From NCBI RefSeq assembly GCF_964204645.1, contig NC_134029.1, positions 10,442,850 to 10,506,849 of the forward strand: a stretch of 64,000 nt of DNA, written 5' to 3'. Under the pieces are notes generated by a model. It was not told the origin of the DNA and made no database searches. It worked only from the letters and a program-made list of their open reading frames with translations. The first letter of the stretch is position 1. Every line of letters starts with the position of its first letter. The stretch comes from Tubulanus polymorphus (lineage: Eukaryota; Animalia; Nemertea). The translations under genes were made by a program, and so were the position numbers. This document shows, one piece after another, positions 12,253 through 26,054 of this stretch.

Positions 12253-14470
12253 TTACTCAAGTCCCATTTTAATTCTAAGTGTATCAAATTGAACACGAGG
12301 TACGGGTTTCGTGAGAATGTCAGCAACCATTTCTAATGTATGACAGTATTCAATACTAACAATTCCATCAGCGACAGCTTCACGAATGAAATGATGATGC
12401 AAATCAATGTGTTTTGTACGACAGTGTCCTACGGGATTTTTTCGATAACGCAATAGTGCCTATGTTATCCTCTGCTATAACGGTAGGTGTCGTCTGAGTC
12501 GCACCTAAGTCACAGAGTAAACGACGTAACCACACAGCTTCATGTGTTGCACTACTGAGCGCCATATATTCCGCTTCGGTCGTAGAGAGTGCAACAGTAG
12601 GTTGCCTTTTACTTAGCCAGCTAATTGCACTACTGGCAAGTATAAACACGTTGCCGGTCGTTGACCTTCGATCGTCGAGGTCGCTACCCCTATTCGCATC
12701 TGAATATCCTCGCAGACATTCATTTTCAGATTTCCGGTAAACAAGGGATAATTCCGCGGTTCCTTTCAAGTACCGCAACACACGTTTCGCAGCGGTCAGG
12801 TGCACTTCTGACGGATCACCACAATATTTCGATATTGTGCTGACAGCTTGAGCGATATCTGGATGCGTGGCTATGGCGGCATAGAGCAAACTTCCAACAA
12901 TCGATTGATAGAGAACTTTATTCACGGGTTTGCTCACGCCATCATTTTTGACTAATTTAACATTTGTATCCAACGGCATTGCATCACACATTTTAAACTT
13001 TTCGAGAAGGCGTTGTATATATTGATTTTGATGCAATTTAATTATGCCATTTTCTTGAACAACACATATTCCAAGACAGAAATGGAGTTCACCCATATCT
13101 TTCATTTGGAATCAGTTTGGAATCGGTTTGAAAGATCACCTTTCAAACTATTTAGCTCATGTAATGCACTGCTAGTGCCAGCAGAGTTCTAATAGATGAG
13201 AACTTTGCGACAGGGGAGAAGGTTTCTTCGTAGTCAATTCCATATTCCTGGGCAAATCCTTTAGCAACCAGTCGAGCTTTGTAGCGATCAACAGTTCCGT
13301 CTTCACCAAATTTTGCTTTGAAGACCCATTTACATCCAATAGCTTTTCTATTTGTTGGCAATTCAACTAATTCCCACGTGTCATTTTCAATTAGCGATTT
13401 ATACTCATTATCCGCAGCGGCTTGCCACTGAGCAGCTTCATCACTGGCCAGTGCTTCTTTCAAGTTGGTCGGTTCGAAAACACCGATTAACGCTACGTGT
13501 TCACACTGGTCGGTATCAAACGCCATATCAGCGAACTCATCAATCATGAACCGGGTCACGGGTTTTCTAGGTCTGTCGCTTCTTCTGAGTTCAGTCGGTG
13601 GTGGCTGATCACGTGACAGTTCAACATTAATCTCCCGATCAATTATTACAGTATCTTTGTTTAACACCTGTTCAGACTCACAGAGTCCGAAGTCATTCTC
13701 GTTTAAGGCCACATCACGCCGTTTGTAAACCATTTGTGTTTTATCTACGATCAGGCGGTAGCCTTTTGATTCACGATCATATCCGACAAAACGAAGTTTG
13801 ACAGCCTTATCATCCAGCTTTTTACGATTTTTATCGGGAATCATAGCATACGCGGTACATCCAAACACTTTCAAGTGACTAAGATCTGGTTTTCGTTCAT
13901 ACCAGACTTCATACGGGGTTCATTCCCATTGAGAGTTCTAGTCGGTAGTCAATTTTTCAAATACACAGCGGTGGCGATTGCTTCAGCCCAATACGATTTA
14001 GGCAATCCTGCATGAGCGACCATCGAGTGCACTTTTTCGCATACAGTACGATTCAACCTCTTAGCAACGCCATTTTGCTCTGGAGAATACGGCAGAGAGG
14101 GGTCATGATGTATACCATTCTCTTTCAAGTACATCAAAAACTCGCTCGAGATATATTCTCCGCCATTATCGGATCTCAGAGTGCCTATGCGATTTCGGCT
14201 AGCATTACACGCGACCACTTCAAACTCTTTGAATCTTTCGAACACCTCCGACTTTTCTCGCATGAAATACACAGCTGAACATCGACTGTAATCATCAGTG
14301 AATGTGACAAAATAACGTTTGCCTCAGAGAGATTCAGAGCTCATCGGGCCATATACATCACTAAGTACGATTTGCAACTTCCGTGTCGATTTAATTCCAC
14401 CTGTGGACTTAAATGGTATTCGCGCCATTTTACCTTTTACACAACCCTCACAGAATGACAATAACGGCTC
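12253..14470 (-). pseudogene. Copia integrase-RT-RNase H (frameshifted)
   Basis: RSDNGGEY/EQNG (integrase), CKWVFK..RYKARLVAKGF (RT), YSDA..STTG..EAEY and RTKHID..ADILTK (RNase H), split across several ORFs. Confidence 0.9.
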
Positions 14471-14474
14471 GGGT

Positions 14475-15752
14475 TTAGCGTTTTTTAACCCCTTTCACAA
14501 GAATGTCTTTCGCCACACGCATGAGTAGTTGAGGGTTGATATGGGCGAGTCTCTGATGCCACAGTTCCATCTCATTATTTAGACCATTAACTGAAAAAGC
14601 TGCTGTTTCATCACCAGCGGTAACACACTGCAGTTCAAACAGTTTATCAGCCAGTAAACAGATAGCTTTCACATGCCCCGTTTTATCCTGAAGATGACAC
14701 TTTGTGCTTTTGAACTCAACAGTAAAACCTTTTTTTATCACTGCTCGCACAGAAAATAGATTACAGGTCAAGTCTGGAACATAGAGAAAATATCCCATGA
14801 CCTCGCTCCCACTAGCTCCGTTTTCCAAGAGAGTCGTCAACTTAACTCTTCCATGATCTCGGGCACATATCGGTCGTCCATCGCCAAGACCCACTCGTTG
14901 CGGCTCATCGAATTCTACATAGTCCAGTAAGACATTTTTATTCCACGTCATGTGACTTGATGCGCCTGAATCAATCAGCCATTTGTGACTTTTCATTTGT
15001 TGTTCAGGTTTAGTCACATGGAATATGAAGTCGTCTCGGTCATCTCGGTCAGGGATTGCTGCTGCTTTCTCCACGTGACCAATTTTTTTCGCTGATCCGC
15101 GGTATGGGGACGTAGGGCAGTCACGGTGGAAGTGTCCACGTTCACCACACCCATAACATTTGGCTGGTGGCTTTTCCTTCCCTGGACGCTTGCAGCAATA
15201 TTTATTTGCTGCTCCCACTAGCGCTGAGGCCCTGCTGATAGCTGGCGTCTCGTTATTTTCTCTCAGGTTCATCTCCTCATGGATGAGGGCTTGCTGCACA
15301 GCCGACAATTTCAGCAGATCATTTCGCGCTTCAAGAGCTGTCACCAATGTTGCATAACTCCTGGGCAAGCTACCGAGGAGATTCACAACTTGATCTTCCT
15401 CGTCAATCGGACTGTTTATAGCTGCTAGTCTATCTGTTAGCTGTTTCATTTCTTTTAAATGCTCTTCGACTGACGTCCCTTCCTTCATCTCCATTCTGAA
15501 GTATTTTTTCTTCAGATAAATTCTATTGTTAAGGGAGTCTTTCTGGAAATGTTCTTCGAGTAATTTCCATGCTACTTCAGGTGACTTTGTCGAAGTAATC
15601 AAATAAATCTGCGACGGTGCAATTGACATTACAATTAAACCAAATGCTTTCGCCTTTTTCGATTCGAATTCATTCTTCGCACGGTCATTAGCGTCGTCTG
15701 CCAATTTTTCCGACCCATACACATATTTCCATAACTCACGTGAACGTAGCAT
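14475..15752 (-). pseudogene. Copia gag-protease (to pre-integrase domain)
   Basis: Zinc knuckle CYGCGERGHFHRDC, protease WLIDSGAS, WHQRLAH. Confidence 0.9.
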
Positions 15753-15955
15753 GTGCCGAGTCCTGAAAGCTCCATGTAGACCAGTTTTCTCCAGTCAGTT
15801 TTTCAATGGTCCACGTTTCTTCAGCCATCATAAAAGTTCGCAATTCAAACGAGTTTCAAGTTCACCTGAACAGACTGAGCGAACAACGTCAATTTGTGTA
15901 GCACCAAGACTTAGTCCTCAAACGCATTCAACCACTGTAGCCTGGGCCCATGGCC

Positions 15956-16149
15956 TGTTGTTACAAAGTAAAGTAACGCAGCTACCAAGGAAGAACGCAA
16001 AAAACAACGGACGTCTATCTACTTCGACTTTTTATTCTCGACTAACAAAAACAGATACAAAAAACATAAGGTTATACAAGGTTCAACTGTTCACCATCAC
16101 CATGACCTATTTTCGAGTTTTACAGTAGAAATATTACTTTTTAACAACA
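15956..16149 (-). repeat. Copia 5' LTR
   Basis: TG...CA ends, followed on the minus strand by PBS GGCCATGGGCCCAGG. Confidence 0.95.
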
Positions 16150-17639
16150 AAATCTCCAACCCTATTGAATTTGATCGGAATCTGCTGCTTATTTATTAGG
16201 GTTTTCTGTTACATCACAGAAAACCCTATTGAGATTCGCGTGTTTCTTCTTATTATTATTTTATGTCACACTATTTGCACTAAAAGAACTAAGGCTTTGT
16301 TACCTTGCCGCTGTTGTCGATACAATCCGTATGATATCGTTCAGCTCATTGAGATCTACAAATACTCCGCGTGTTTTTTCACGAATCATCGGTACAAAAG
16401 CACTGTCGGGCCGTAAACATCGAAAATTTAGCCCCATTCAATGGGGCGACATGTTTTTCGAGTCGTCATCTCGAAATCAACCCGCAGGCCGATTGTCACT
16501 TCGATTATCAATTCAAGTATAATTGAACTAATTTATTGCAGCAGACTTCACATTCAGCCGCGGTCTTCAAACAGTAATTTTAACAATAGCCCATTTCCTC
16601 ATCAAATCATATTACCGATACACAGGAGATTTACTACTTTAGATTTTAAAAGCACTGTCGATCCGTAAACATCGACGAATCGACGTGTATCACTACATCG
16701 TCGTTCCGGGGATCAGCTGCGAGTTTCTCCACATCATGAGAATCAAATCGAGTACAAATTAATTTATTACTTCCAGTGATTTGGCTGCGGGTTTCAAGGA
16801 GTTAGTTTAACAATACCTATTTTTCTTTACCAAATTAACCATGTATTTACTAAGATAAATCTTTAGTGTACCGGGGAGTCGTAGGCCTAAAGTAAACACG
16901 CCGAAGAGATATAGCGGAGAAAAGCTGTTATGTCAACGAGGTATCAAAATAAAAGAATATATTACTTTATTCGGCCGCGGGCTTCAACCTCTATATCAAT
17001 ACCATCAATACTCTATATTTCCTACAGTACATACCGATCATTGTCAAATGCACAAGGTATTTACTAAATACAAGTATATAACACTTCTATCCGTATGCTT
17101 TACTCACACTTGACATTCGGAGTAAGCGTTCGCTGTGGGGGAAAGGAGATCGTTCGCTGTGTCGCTTGAAGATTTTATCGAGTTTTACGCGACCTTAAGG
17201 CTTTAGGCCTACCGGTACTGAGCTTTACTGTCTCAAACAAACACAATATAATTGTTGCGTTTATTAACGAACTCATTGGATTGGACTTCAAAACAAAATT
17301 CACGATATTTAGGAGGGTTGTTATTCAATAGGCCTACGACCAATATGTCCGGATGTTAGGCCTACGTATATACATAGGCCTACATAGGCTAGTAGCCTCT
17401 ACTAGGTTAAAGCTAAGTTCACTGTCAAGGAGGAATCAGATTTATTAAAATGCATGTTAATTAGTGATTAACTGGTTCTGACTTGCAACGATCAATCACA
17501 ATTATCAATTTTATTGGCAAGAAAGATTTTTTTTTGAAAATTTCGTCTGAGCAGACATCTTTATAAGCCAGACTTTTCATCTGAGTTTTTTTCATCATAA
17601 ATGAAACTGGTATTTCATTAATTGCTAATGACTTCGTTC

Positions 17640-17954
17640 GAGCGGTGTGGGCGAGTGGTTAGAGCGTTCGACTCTGGGATGCCAGGTCGTGTGTTTGAAC
17701 CCCGTACATTACCGTAGTGTCCTCGGGCAAGACACTTATCCTCATTGCCTCTCTCCACCCGGGGGTAAAATGGGTAGATGACTCTTGAGCGCCTAGTAGC
17801 CGCTTGGATGTTACTTCTCCCTAAGGAGAGATGACTGATACATGAATAGAGTTAATGGCTGGGGGTAACAATACCGAAAAATTTGGAGCGCATTTGAACA
17901 GACTAGGTTTGGATACCTGCGTTATATAAATGACAGTTATTATTATTATTATTA
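17640..17954 (+). mobile_element. tRNA-derived SINE
   Basis: A-box-like TGGGCGAGTGG, B-box-like GTTTGAACCC, core GTGTCCTCGGGCAAGACACTT...CTCTCTCCACCC.GG.GTAAAATGGGTA, (TAT)n tail. Confidence 0.8.
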
Positions 17955-17958
17955 CTTA

Positions 17959-18286
17959 AGCCGGACGTAGGTCGGCTTTGCGACGGCTTGTGACTCACTG
18001 CGACGCCATTCACTGCGACCGCCAGCGACGATTGTGTCGCAACGACTCATCGACCTACGCTCCCTTGCGACGGGTTGCGACATAGCAACACCAGTCACAA
18101 GGAGTCGCACGTGTTCGACTTTCTTCGACGCGACACGACTGTCACAACTGACCTACGCGTTCTTGCAACTGGCAGAAACTATGGTCGCAAACAGTTGCTG
18201 ACAATCGTATCGCAACCGACTTGCACCGAAACTTGCGATGCAACGGAATGATTGCATCGCGTCGCGAGGCCAACCTACGTCCGGCT
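17959..18286. mobile_element. PIF/Harbinger-type MITE
   Basis: TIR AGCCGGACGTAGGT(C/T)GGC; TTA TSD on both sides. Confidence 0.85.
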
Positions 18287-18780
18287 TTAAGTTATTGCGG
18301 AGCCCCAGAAATATCTTTTTTTTCGTTCAAAAGACCTTTCGCTTGAAAATTCTTTCGTCGGAACAAAATTTATTTCGTTCGGACTAATAATATTCTGTTC
18401 GATTGAACCAATTTGAAACAATCGTTAGAACATAGCTGAACAAACTTTTTTTCTGTCCAAACAGGATCGGTTTAATTTGAACAGAATTTTCTTATCAGAA
18501 CATTTAAGTTTTTCATTCGAACAAGTATATTGTAAAAAGTTTCTGAACCAAAAGTATTAAGTATTTCGTTCAATCGAACAGAATTGCTTTCATTCAAACA
18601 TTTGTTCGAAATTGTTTTTGCTCAACCAAATTTTTTGCCGGGACAAAAAGTTTTTCATTTCAACAAAAACATAGCTTTTTATTGGAACACATTTTTTGTC
18701 AGAACGAAGAAAAGTTTTGGTTCAAACAAAAAGTGTATTGCTCGATCAAACAGAATTGTTTGCATTCGAACAAGATTTTC

Positions 18781-19142
18781 TTGTCGAAAAATTAAGTTTT
18801 TTGGTCGAACGGTGTGTTAAGGTCGTTTTGGAAATTTACTCGGTCTGGTATATTTCATTTGTCAGGACATTAAACAAAAGACAACTTAGGATACTACCTT
18901 GCGTGACTCCACTAGTTAGACCGACTTATTCCAAGATGAGGCGGTTCATTGATTTCGGCTACAAGTTTTCGTTCAGAGATAACTGCTGAGCCATTTGAGC
19001 GACCTATCATTGATACTGTTTCCTAATAGCCTGTTTGGTAATGGCTGATGTTGTGCCTTATCAAATGCTTTGTCGAAATTCACCGTTGAACAGGATTCTA
19101 AGACTGTGCAGAAAACCCGTTTTCGCTGCTTTGCAGCTATAT
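18781..19142 (-). mobile_element. Second copy of the LINE-RT-containing dispersed repeat
   Basis: Colinear with 4941-5320. Confidence 0.7.
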
Positions 19143-20171
19143 TCAATTTAGTTATTTATTTGTTGTTAGAACTACATTTCGTTTCGGAAGAACACATATC
19201 CTTTTACATATATTCATGCTTCGCACATGTGCGTGACATATACTCGCTGCTATGTGGTATATTGATCTGTGTATATATGAAAAAGGGCGCCTCGTGTGGC
19301 CTAGTCAAAGTTTTCTTGGAAACTGCAAATGATTCAACTGTCAGGGTTCGTCGCGGGCGGCCATGAAAAGCAGTGAATTTTATAGAAGGGCAGTAAAATT
19401 GGGAAAGGGGAAGGTGAATCTTGGAAATTGTTCAATTTACAAAAATAAATTGTCTAACAAACTTCTCACACAGTGTATGAAATAAATGAATTGTCACACC
19501 ATGAGTCATGTGGGAAAACCCACTACCATGTGTATTCATGATGAATCATCATGCAGTTGTGTGCAAATGCAAATAACCAAAGATTCAATCGATACGCTAC
19601 TTCACGGAAGATTATGCGCGCACAATCGAATAGGCCCAAACCTCGTGTATTGCCGCGATGATTGCTGATTAGATTTTGATGATGTTGTTCACCGAAATCA
19701 GCAGATTTTACCCATCCATGAAGTGTTCAAAGAAAACCTTAAAGATGCATCAATCAGATGGCGCCTATCCATTACAAAGATAACATTCTGCGCCGGAGAT
19801 ATTAAGATCCGTGGATCTCTTGTCTATTCCGTTTTTGGTCCAATTCAACGGACCTCCATGATCGTAACAAAGCTTATTTTAATGAATTCATTCAAGTTTC
19901 ACCTATGTATAAAATCAAAGTCATATAGCTTTTCTGTCTAGCAATATTTGAAAGCATCGTGAAATATATTGTGACAACGTATCGCTGGACCAGAATTGTT
20001 AAGAATGCTATGATGTTCGCACATGAGGACCAAAAACCGTTCGACACGTTGATGCAATGCTGTACGTACACATGAAAAGTGCAGTGTTCTGGGTTTTCCT
20101 GGCGTGCCTTATTGATCGGTTGCCTGTTGCAGCACGATTGATATCTTGAAGCAAAACAATTGAGGCGTTTG

Positions 20172-20348
20172 CAGTTGAAACTCGCTATAACAAACTCGGA
20201 TGCAATGATTCAGCGGATACAACAAATATAGAATTTCGTCCCAAGTATGAAAATATAACCAATTTCATAAATGGATATATATAACGAATTATCAGTTATA
20301 GATACAGGTTTTCTGGTCCCGCGAAGTTTGTTGCAACGAGGTTCCGTG
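20172..20348. mobile_element. Degenerate pogo/Tigger-like MITE
   Basis: Imperfect TIRs CAGTTGAAACTCGCTATAACAAAC and GTTTGTTGCAACGAGGTTCC. Confidence 0.5.
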
Positions 20349-20799
20349 TGAACACCGAATTCACGGTTTTCGGCCCATCGACCGACTCGCTCAAGATGGT
20401 GGCAGCAGCAGACAGAGATTTTTATGTGATCACCACAACTATCATCGTTTTACTAACATTTGATTTAATCGGAAAACCAACAAAACTCGATAGCAAAAAT
20501 ACTCTAAAACACCAGTGATCTTGACATCATTTATAATTAATGCAATTGTGTATGTAAAAATCAAACCAGTATCTCTTAAACTAAGAAGTCGTTAACACTT
20601 AAAAATCCATTTTTTTCAAATGAACTCCAATTCAGTTCATTGCGATTATCAACACTAATTCTAAGATTTGATTCAGGTTCATAAATTGTCAACAGTCAAT
20701 TTCATTTTTAAATTCATTAAAACAAAAATAATCAATAGTCAATGATCGATATTCAAAACACGGGTTGAAATACGTCAATCACGACGAGTCATTCAGATT

Positions 20800-22108
20800 T
20801 GCCTTTCCTCGTTACGATACCAACGTTTCAGTTCTTGGTATTCTTACTCGATCGCAGCTAAATCGCGGAATGTGAATGGATCGTGACCTTCGATTTTCAG
20901 CAGACCACAAAACAATGGTCTGTATTCAACAGTGGCCATGTCTGACCGCTTAGACCATGTAAAGTTGCAACCCGATATCCGATGCATAGATTTTAGATCC
21001 ACTTCAGCTTCACTTATGCTGACCACACGACCAATGTAATACGTTTTCTGATAGAAAACGGCATGATACTCGCCAACCTTAAATACAGAAAGAATAAGTT
21101 GACTTTTCATGTTAATATTTTCATGTTCGTACTTCTTACTAAATACGAGTAAAAATGGTGCTTATTGAGATTTTAAGATAAATAAAATGATTAAGAGTGC
21201 CTTTATTTCTGTTTTGTTTTCGTTTGTTTCTGTGTTTGTGTTTAGGGAATCATCCATTGGTAGGTCTATGACATCACCATTGTTTTCAATTGGTTGAGTG
21301 GCAACCAGAGCCGCTGTTGCGTCAACCTGGAAATCTGCTTCAGACGGTGGCTCATCTGTTTCAGACGATTCAGATGGTACGACAAGTTTAAGTTTGGTAT
21401 ATTTCCATGGCTCAACTTTCACGTTTTTACACGTGATATGCAGTGGTGCGGCGGCTCGAACGTAGGAGATACAGCCATCACAATAACAGCTAAAATTTCT
21501 GGTATACAATTCGTACGCTGCCCGCCCCTTTTTAACAGCATGAAGACGTCGGCTACCCTTTTAATGTTTGAACGTTTGTTTCGGGTCTCTCTCTAGGTAT
21601 TTTATTCGACCCCACGTAAATATAATCGCTTTTACTAAGGGTATCATTGAGCTTCAGATTTTGTACACAGTAATCATATAGATCGTCCCCGCCCGTAATT
21701 ACTAGCCCTCCACTTGATATTGCTCGATCAACTGCTCTGTTCATCACCCCGATTTCCCCATCCCCTTCCCCTTACCGTGTTCAGATCCATAGAAATGTCG
21801 CTCAATAGGAAGGGGTGATATGGATAGGTCAGCGAAAGTCCTCTTGCCCATGTACTGACTACTACATCCATCAGAAAACACTAGTATATTCGAAAACTTC
21901 ATTGAAATATCGTGCATCACTTTAAGTGATGCTAACTCAAAATAATAATTTACTGCATAAAAACCATGCGTTCGATCGTCCGATATAACCACAATCAAGT
22001 TTCTGACTATAGCATTTAAGTTCTGATGTTTGTAGAGAAACACACACGGATGTACTGTAATTTGCTTCTTTCCGAAGTACGCCGATTTTATTTCAGATTG
22101 GTACTTGA
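20800..22108 (-). pseudogene. Sola2-like DNA transposase remnant
   Basis: QSEIKSAYF..KQITVHP, VVISDD..H, FSDGCSSQY, FYGSEHGKG and RNFSCYCDGC; frameshifted and 5'-truncated. Superfamily assigned from remembered motifs. Confidence 0.6.
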
Positions 22109-22525
22109 CTTCCCCTCTTTTGTTGCGTATCGTTTTTGTGGCAACGTTCTGGAAATATCTTCCCTATGATAAAATTCTCTAATGTGCGCAACCTGACTGG
22201 AACTGAGACAGACCCATAAAACCAGAACCATAACGACTTCTTAGATGCAACGGGACTTTATTAATCAGCCATCTTAGAGTACCCACTATAGTCCGGATAC
22301 GGACTCAGGATAAATCACGGAACATCTCCCTCTTTATATATATTTTTTTTTTTTTTTAATGTTTGTTTATGAATACTTATACTAATTCACGATTAGAAAA
22401 AAAACCACACCATTATAGTCTGATCGTCTAATGTTTGTTTTGAATACTTATACTAATTCACGATTAAAAACCACCACCATTATAGTCTGATTGTCTAATT
22501 AAAGTTCCTTCAATTTATGCTGTGC

Positions 22526-24145
22526 TTATAATGACAATTTATTTGGAGGCTTGACCACCCGACCAGCACGCGTGACATAAGAAGATGGCTGTGGATCGGT
22601 GACCACAGGTAACGACGCAGACGGAGGAGGTATGTCGTCTGCCTTTGACGGGACCAGCGGTTGGTCAACAATGGTCTTATCATTCGCAAAGGAAATTCCG
22701 GGAGATCCCATCGGAGGATCGGTACCACTTCTGCTTGGAGCTTCGCGGACTCCATGTGGTTTCAATCGCAACTGTTGCCTATTTCGTCGCAAACGCGTAC
22801 CATTGGGTGTTTGAATCTCGAATGTCCTCTCTTTCAACCGTTTCACAACAGTAGCGGGTTGCCACGCTCTGTCGCCATGTTGTGTTGGTTGCACGCGCAC
22901 TACGTCACCACGTTGAAGGGGTTTTAACTCTTTCCGATTAGCATTCACTCTGGCAGCCGTTTCTATTTTCATATGTTGTTTCTTTCGGATCTCCCCCTCA
23001 ATAGAGGACGCGGAATTCGGTTTGAGCAATTCGGCTGTGGTGGGTATTTGAGTCTTAAGCCTAGCGCACATCGACAAAGCGACTGGAGACAACTAGTTGC
23101 TAGTGAGCGAGTACCCCGCGCACATCGAAAATTTAGTAAAAACCAGCAACTGCGTGGCTCATGCCGGTCGCTAGGTCCATAGCGCACACATCGACAGCGA
23201 CTGAGATGTGGCTTAGCAAATATTCTTGAGGGCATCACAAGTCACGTGACAAATAGCTTTGTTTTAGTCAGTTGCAACCATGTGTTGTTGATTATGGAGC
23301 GCTCACATCGACGGATATGAGAGCAACTGAGTACAACTAGTTGCTCAAAAGTAGAACATGAGCAACTGGGTGGAACTGGAGATAGATGGACGCTAACCAG
23401 TCGTAAGCTCGCTCACATCGACAAATTCGAGCAACTGATTGTATCCAGCCTGTTGCTCTCATGCGCCGAAAACTGCCTTGCAACTAGTTGTCTCCAATCG
23501 CAGTGTCGATGTGCGCTAGGCTTTAGTGCGACGTCCGAAGAGAATCTGCGCCGGGCTACTCTTCAATCCTTCGGACGGAGTATTTCGCACATTAAGAAGA
23601 CCAATGTAGGGGTTTTCATTACACAGAAACGACTTACGCATTAACCGTTTAGCTTGTTTTACGGCAGCTTCCGAAACTCCATTAGCTTTGGAATTTCCGG
23701 GACTCGAGAACTCATGTGAGAATCCCCAACTTTTCCCAAAGGTTTTAAACTCTGAGGAAGTATATTGAGGACCACCATCACTCACAAATGTGTCTAGTAT
23801 TCCGTGCCGAGCAAAGTGATGCTTGATCTTGGCGATAACATACTTGGCATCAGTCGACGGGAGATAATCAAGTTTAAAGAAACCGCTCAGGTAATCTGAC
23901 GTCACTAGATAATGTCTATCTTTATAAATGAAAAGGTCCGAACCGACCTTTTGCCACGGCCTGCATGGAACATCATGCATATACAACCGTTCTTCCGGTT
24001 GATGGTCAGCGTAGGTAGAACACGTGCTACACGATTCGATGAAATGTCGGACTTCTGCAGACATCATTGGCCAGTATCTCAACTCCCTAGTGCGACGAAG
24101 ACAGGAGTTGATGCCAAGATGTCTAGCGTGTAACAGATCTTTCAT
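22526..24145 (-). pseudogene. Gypsy integrase interrupted by a MITE
   Basis: Removing 23058-23522 plus one TTA restores FGRRTKTQIPTTAELLKP. Confidence 0.9.
23058..23522. mobile_element. PIF/Harbinger-type MITE in the Gypsy integrase
   Basis: ~43-bp TIR AGCCTAGCGCACATCGAC...GAGACAACTAGTTGC; TTA TSD (23055-57, 23523-25). Confidence 0.9.
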
Positions 24146-24173
24146 TATTTGGGATTATGACCCTTTCACCACG

Positions 24174-26054
24174 CTACACTATTCCATCTTGGACAGTGTA
24201 TTCATCCCGACAGTGATAGTACGGGACTAGATCCGCCGATAGATTGACCTTCGAATCAGGCCAACCCTTGATAATGGTCTGTTTTGACGAGGTAAGGGTC
24301 TCATCCAGCGCAGTAGCATCCCTTATCTGTTGCAAGCGATCTGGCTTGATTGGTGAGAAGTTAATCAAGTTCACAGATACGAGTTCATGATCCGGTTTCT
24401 CAGAGAGCAGTGCGTGAGACAATGCATCGGCTATTGGAATTTGAGTTCCTGGCTTATATGATAGCGAGAATCGATACTTCTGAGTATGGAGCAGCAAGGC
24501 CTGTAGTCGTTTCGGAGCCTTATGAAGTGGTTTGTCTACTATCGCAACGAGTGGTTTGTGATCGGTCACAATATCGATATCACGTCCGTACGTATAGTGA
24601 TGGAATTTCTCTAAACTGTAGACGACCACGAGCATCTCTTTTTCGATTTGTGCCCATCGAGTTTCGGTGTCAGATAGGGCACTACTCGAGTACGCAACAG
24701 GACGATCACCCTGTATTAAAACTGATCCAATCCCGTATTCGGATGTGTCATTTTCGAGTATCAGTTCCTTACTAGGATCATACATGGCTAACACAGGCGC
24801 TTCAGATATCAATCCTTTCACCTTTTCAAAAGATTCGATTTGCGACTGAGACCATACGAACGGCACGTCCTTCTTAAGTTGGTTTCGCAACGGAAAGGTC
24901 ACGGAGTTCAGATTCGGTATGAAACGAGACAGGTAGTTAGCAATACCGAGAAAACGGCGGAGTTCTTCAACATTGTTTGGAGTGTTGATTTCTTTCACGG
25001 CGTGAGTTTTTTCTGGATCCAGTTCCAACCCAGAGTCAGAGATACAGTGTCCCATGAACGTGATTCTTGGTAGCCTAAGTTCGAGTTTGTCTACGTTCAA
25101 TTGGATACCTTTATCACGACAACGTTTCAGGAATGCCTCAAGGTTTCGATCATGCGTTTCGGTATCCTTTCCGTGTACCACAATGCCATCAGCTATGCAT
25201 TCGACCCCTCCTAGGCCATCGATTGCTTCGAGAATCTTCATCTGGAAGATCTCTGATGACACTGATAATCCAAAAGCTAAACGACACCATTTATATCTCC
25301 CGAATGGCGTCTGAAAAGTGGTAAGTAGACTCGAAGGTTCATCCAACTCTACATGCCAGTAGGCAGAGCTGACATCTAATTTAGAGAACACCTTCGACCC
25401 AGCCATATTGTGAAGTGAGTCTTCCAACACCGGCAGTTGGTAATGTTCATGTTTTAGTGCGCGATTTAGGTTTCGAGGGTCTAGACATATACGTAGAGAT
25501 CTTCTTCTCCGCGACGACCATCTGATTCACCCACGGGGTGGGTTCATTGACCGGTTCAATTACGCCCATTTTAGAGAGGCGTTGCAATTCATCTTTCACA
25601 CGAGGACGAAGGGCTACAGGTATTCGCCGTGACGGAGAAACGACCAGTTCAACCGCTTCATCAACCTTCAGATGGACGGGCCCTGGCAGTTTGCCAAGTT
25701 TCTCCTCAAACACATCTGAATATTTATCGGTTACCCCGACACGGGCTACTGGTTCCATAAGGCTGTTGTTAACCGTTTCATCCCTTCAGCGGCCTTCAGA
25801 CCCAGTAAGGGTGATAGGTCTTCTTTTATTACGACAAATTCGACGGAGTAGCATTTCCGGTTCTTAGGGTTCTTAACAACAACACGGGATACACCGAGCG
25901 GTGTGACGACTTCCTCATTATACAACTTCAATTTGTGTATAGTAGGCTTCAGCTCACTATGTATAGCATAACGTAATGGTAGAATATTTACAGCAGCCCC
26001 GGTGTCCACTTGGAAAATGACCGGCTGTGTTCCTACCATCATACGACATCGCAC
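24174..26054 (-). pseudogene. Gypsy protease-RT-RNase H
   Basis: ORFs 25746-26054, 25447-25758 and 24174-25430; catalytic motif degenerated to IADG. Confidence 0.9.

Larger units (their letters stand above)
12064..16149 (-). mobile_element. Full-length decayed Ty1/Copia LTR retrotransposon
   Basis: LTRs TGTTG...CAACA at 12064-12237 and 15956-16149; TSD AAATC (12059-12063, 16150-16154); Copia-type PBS; domain order gag-PR-IN-RT-RH. Confidence 0.95.

Noticed and set aside
17640-17710. tRNA gene
   Set aside because: Degenerate cloverleaf followed by a SINE core and (TAT)n tail.
22358-22500. ~70-bp direct repeat as an LTR pair
   Set aside because: It is a local tandem duplication in the Gypsy 3' UTR, internal to the PPT.
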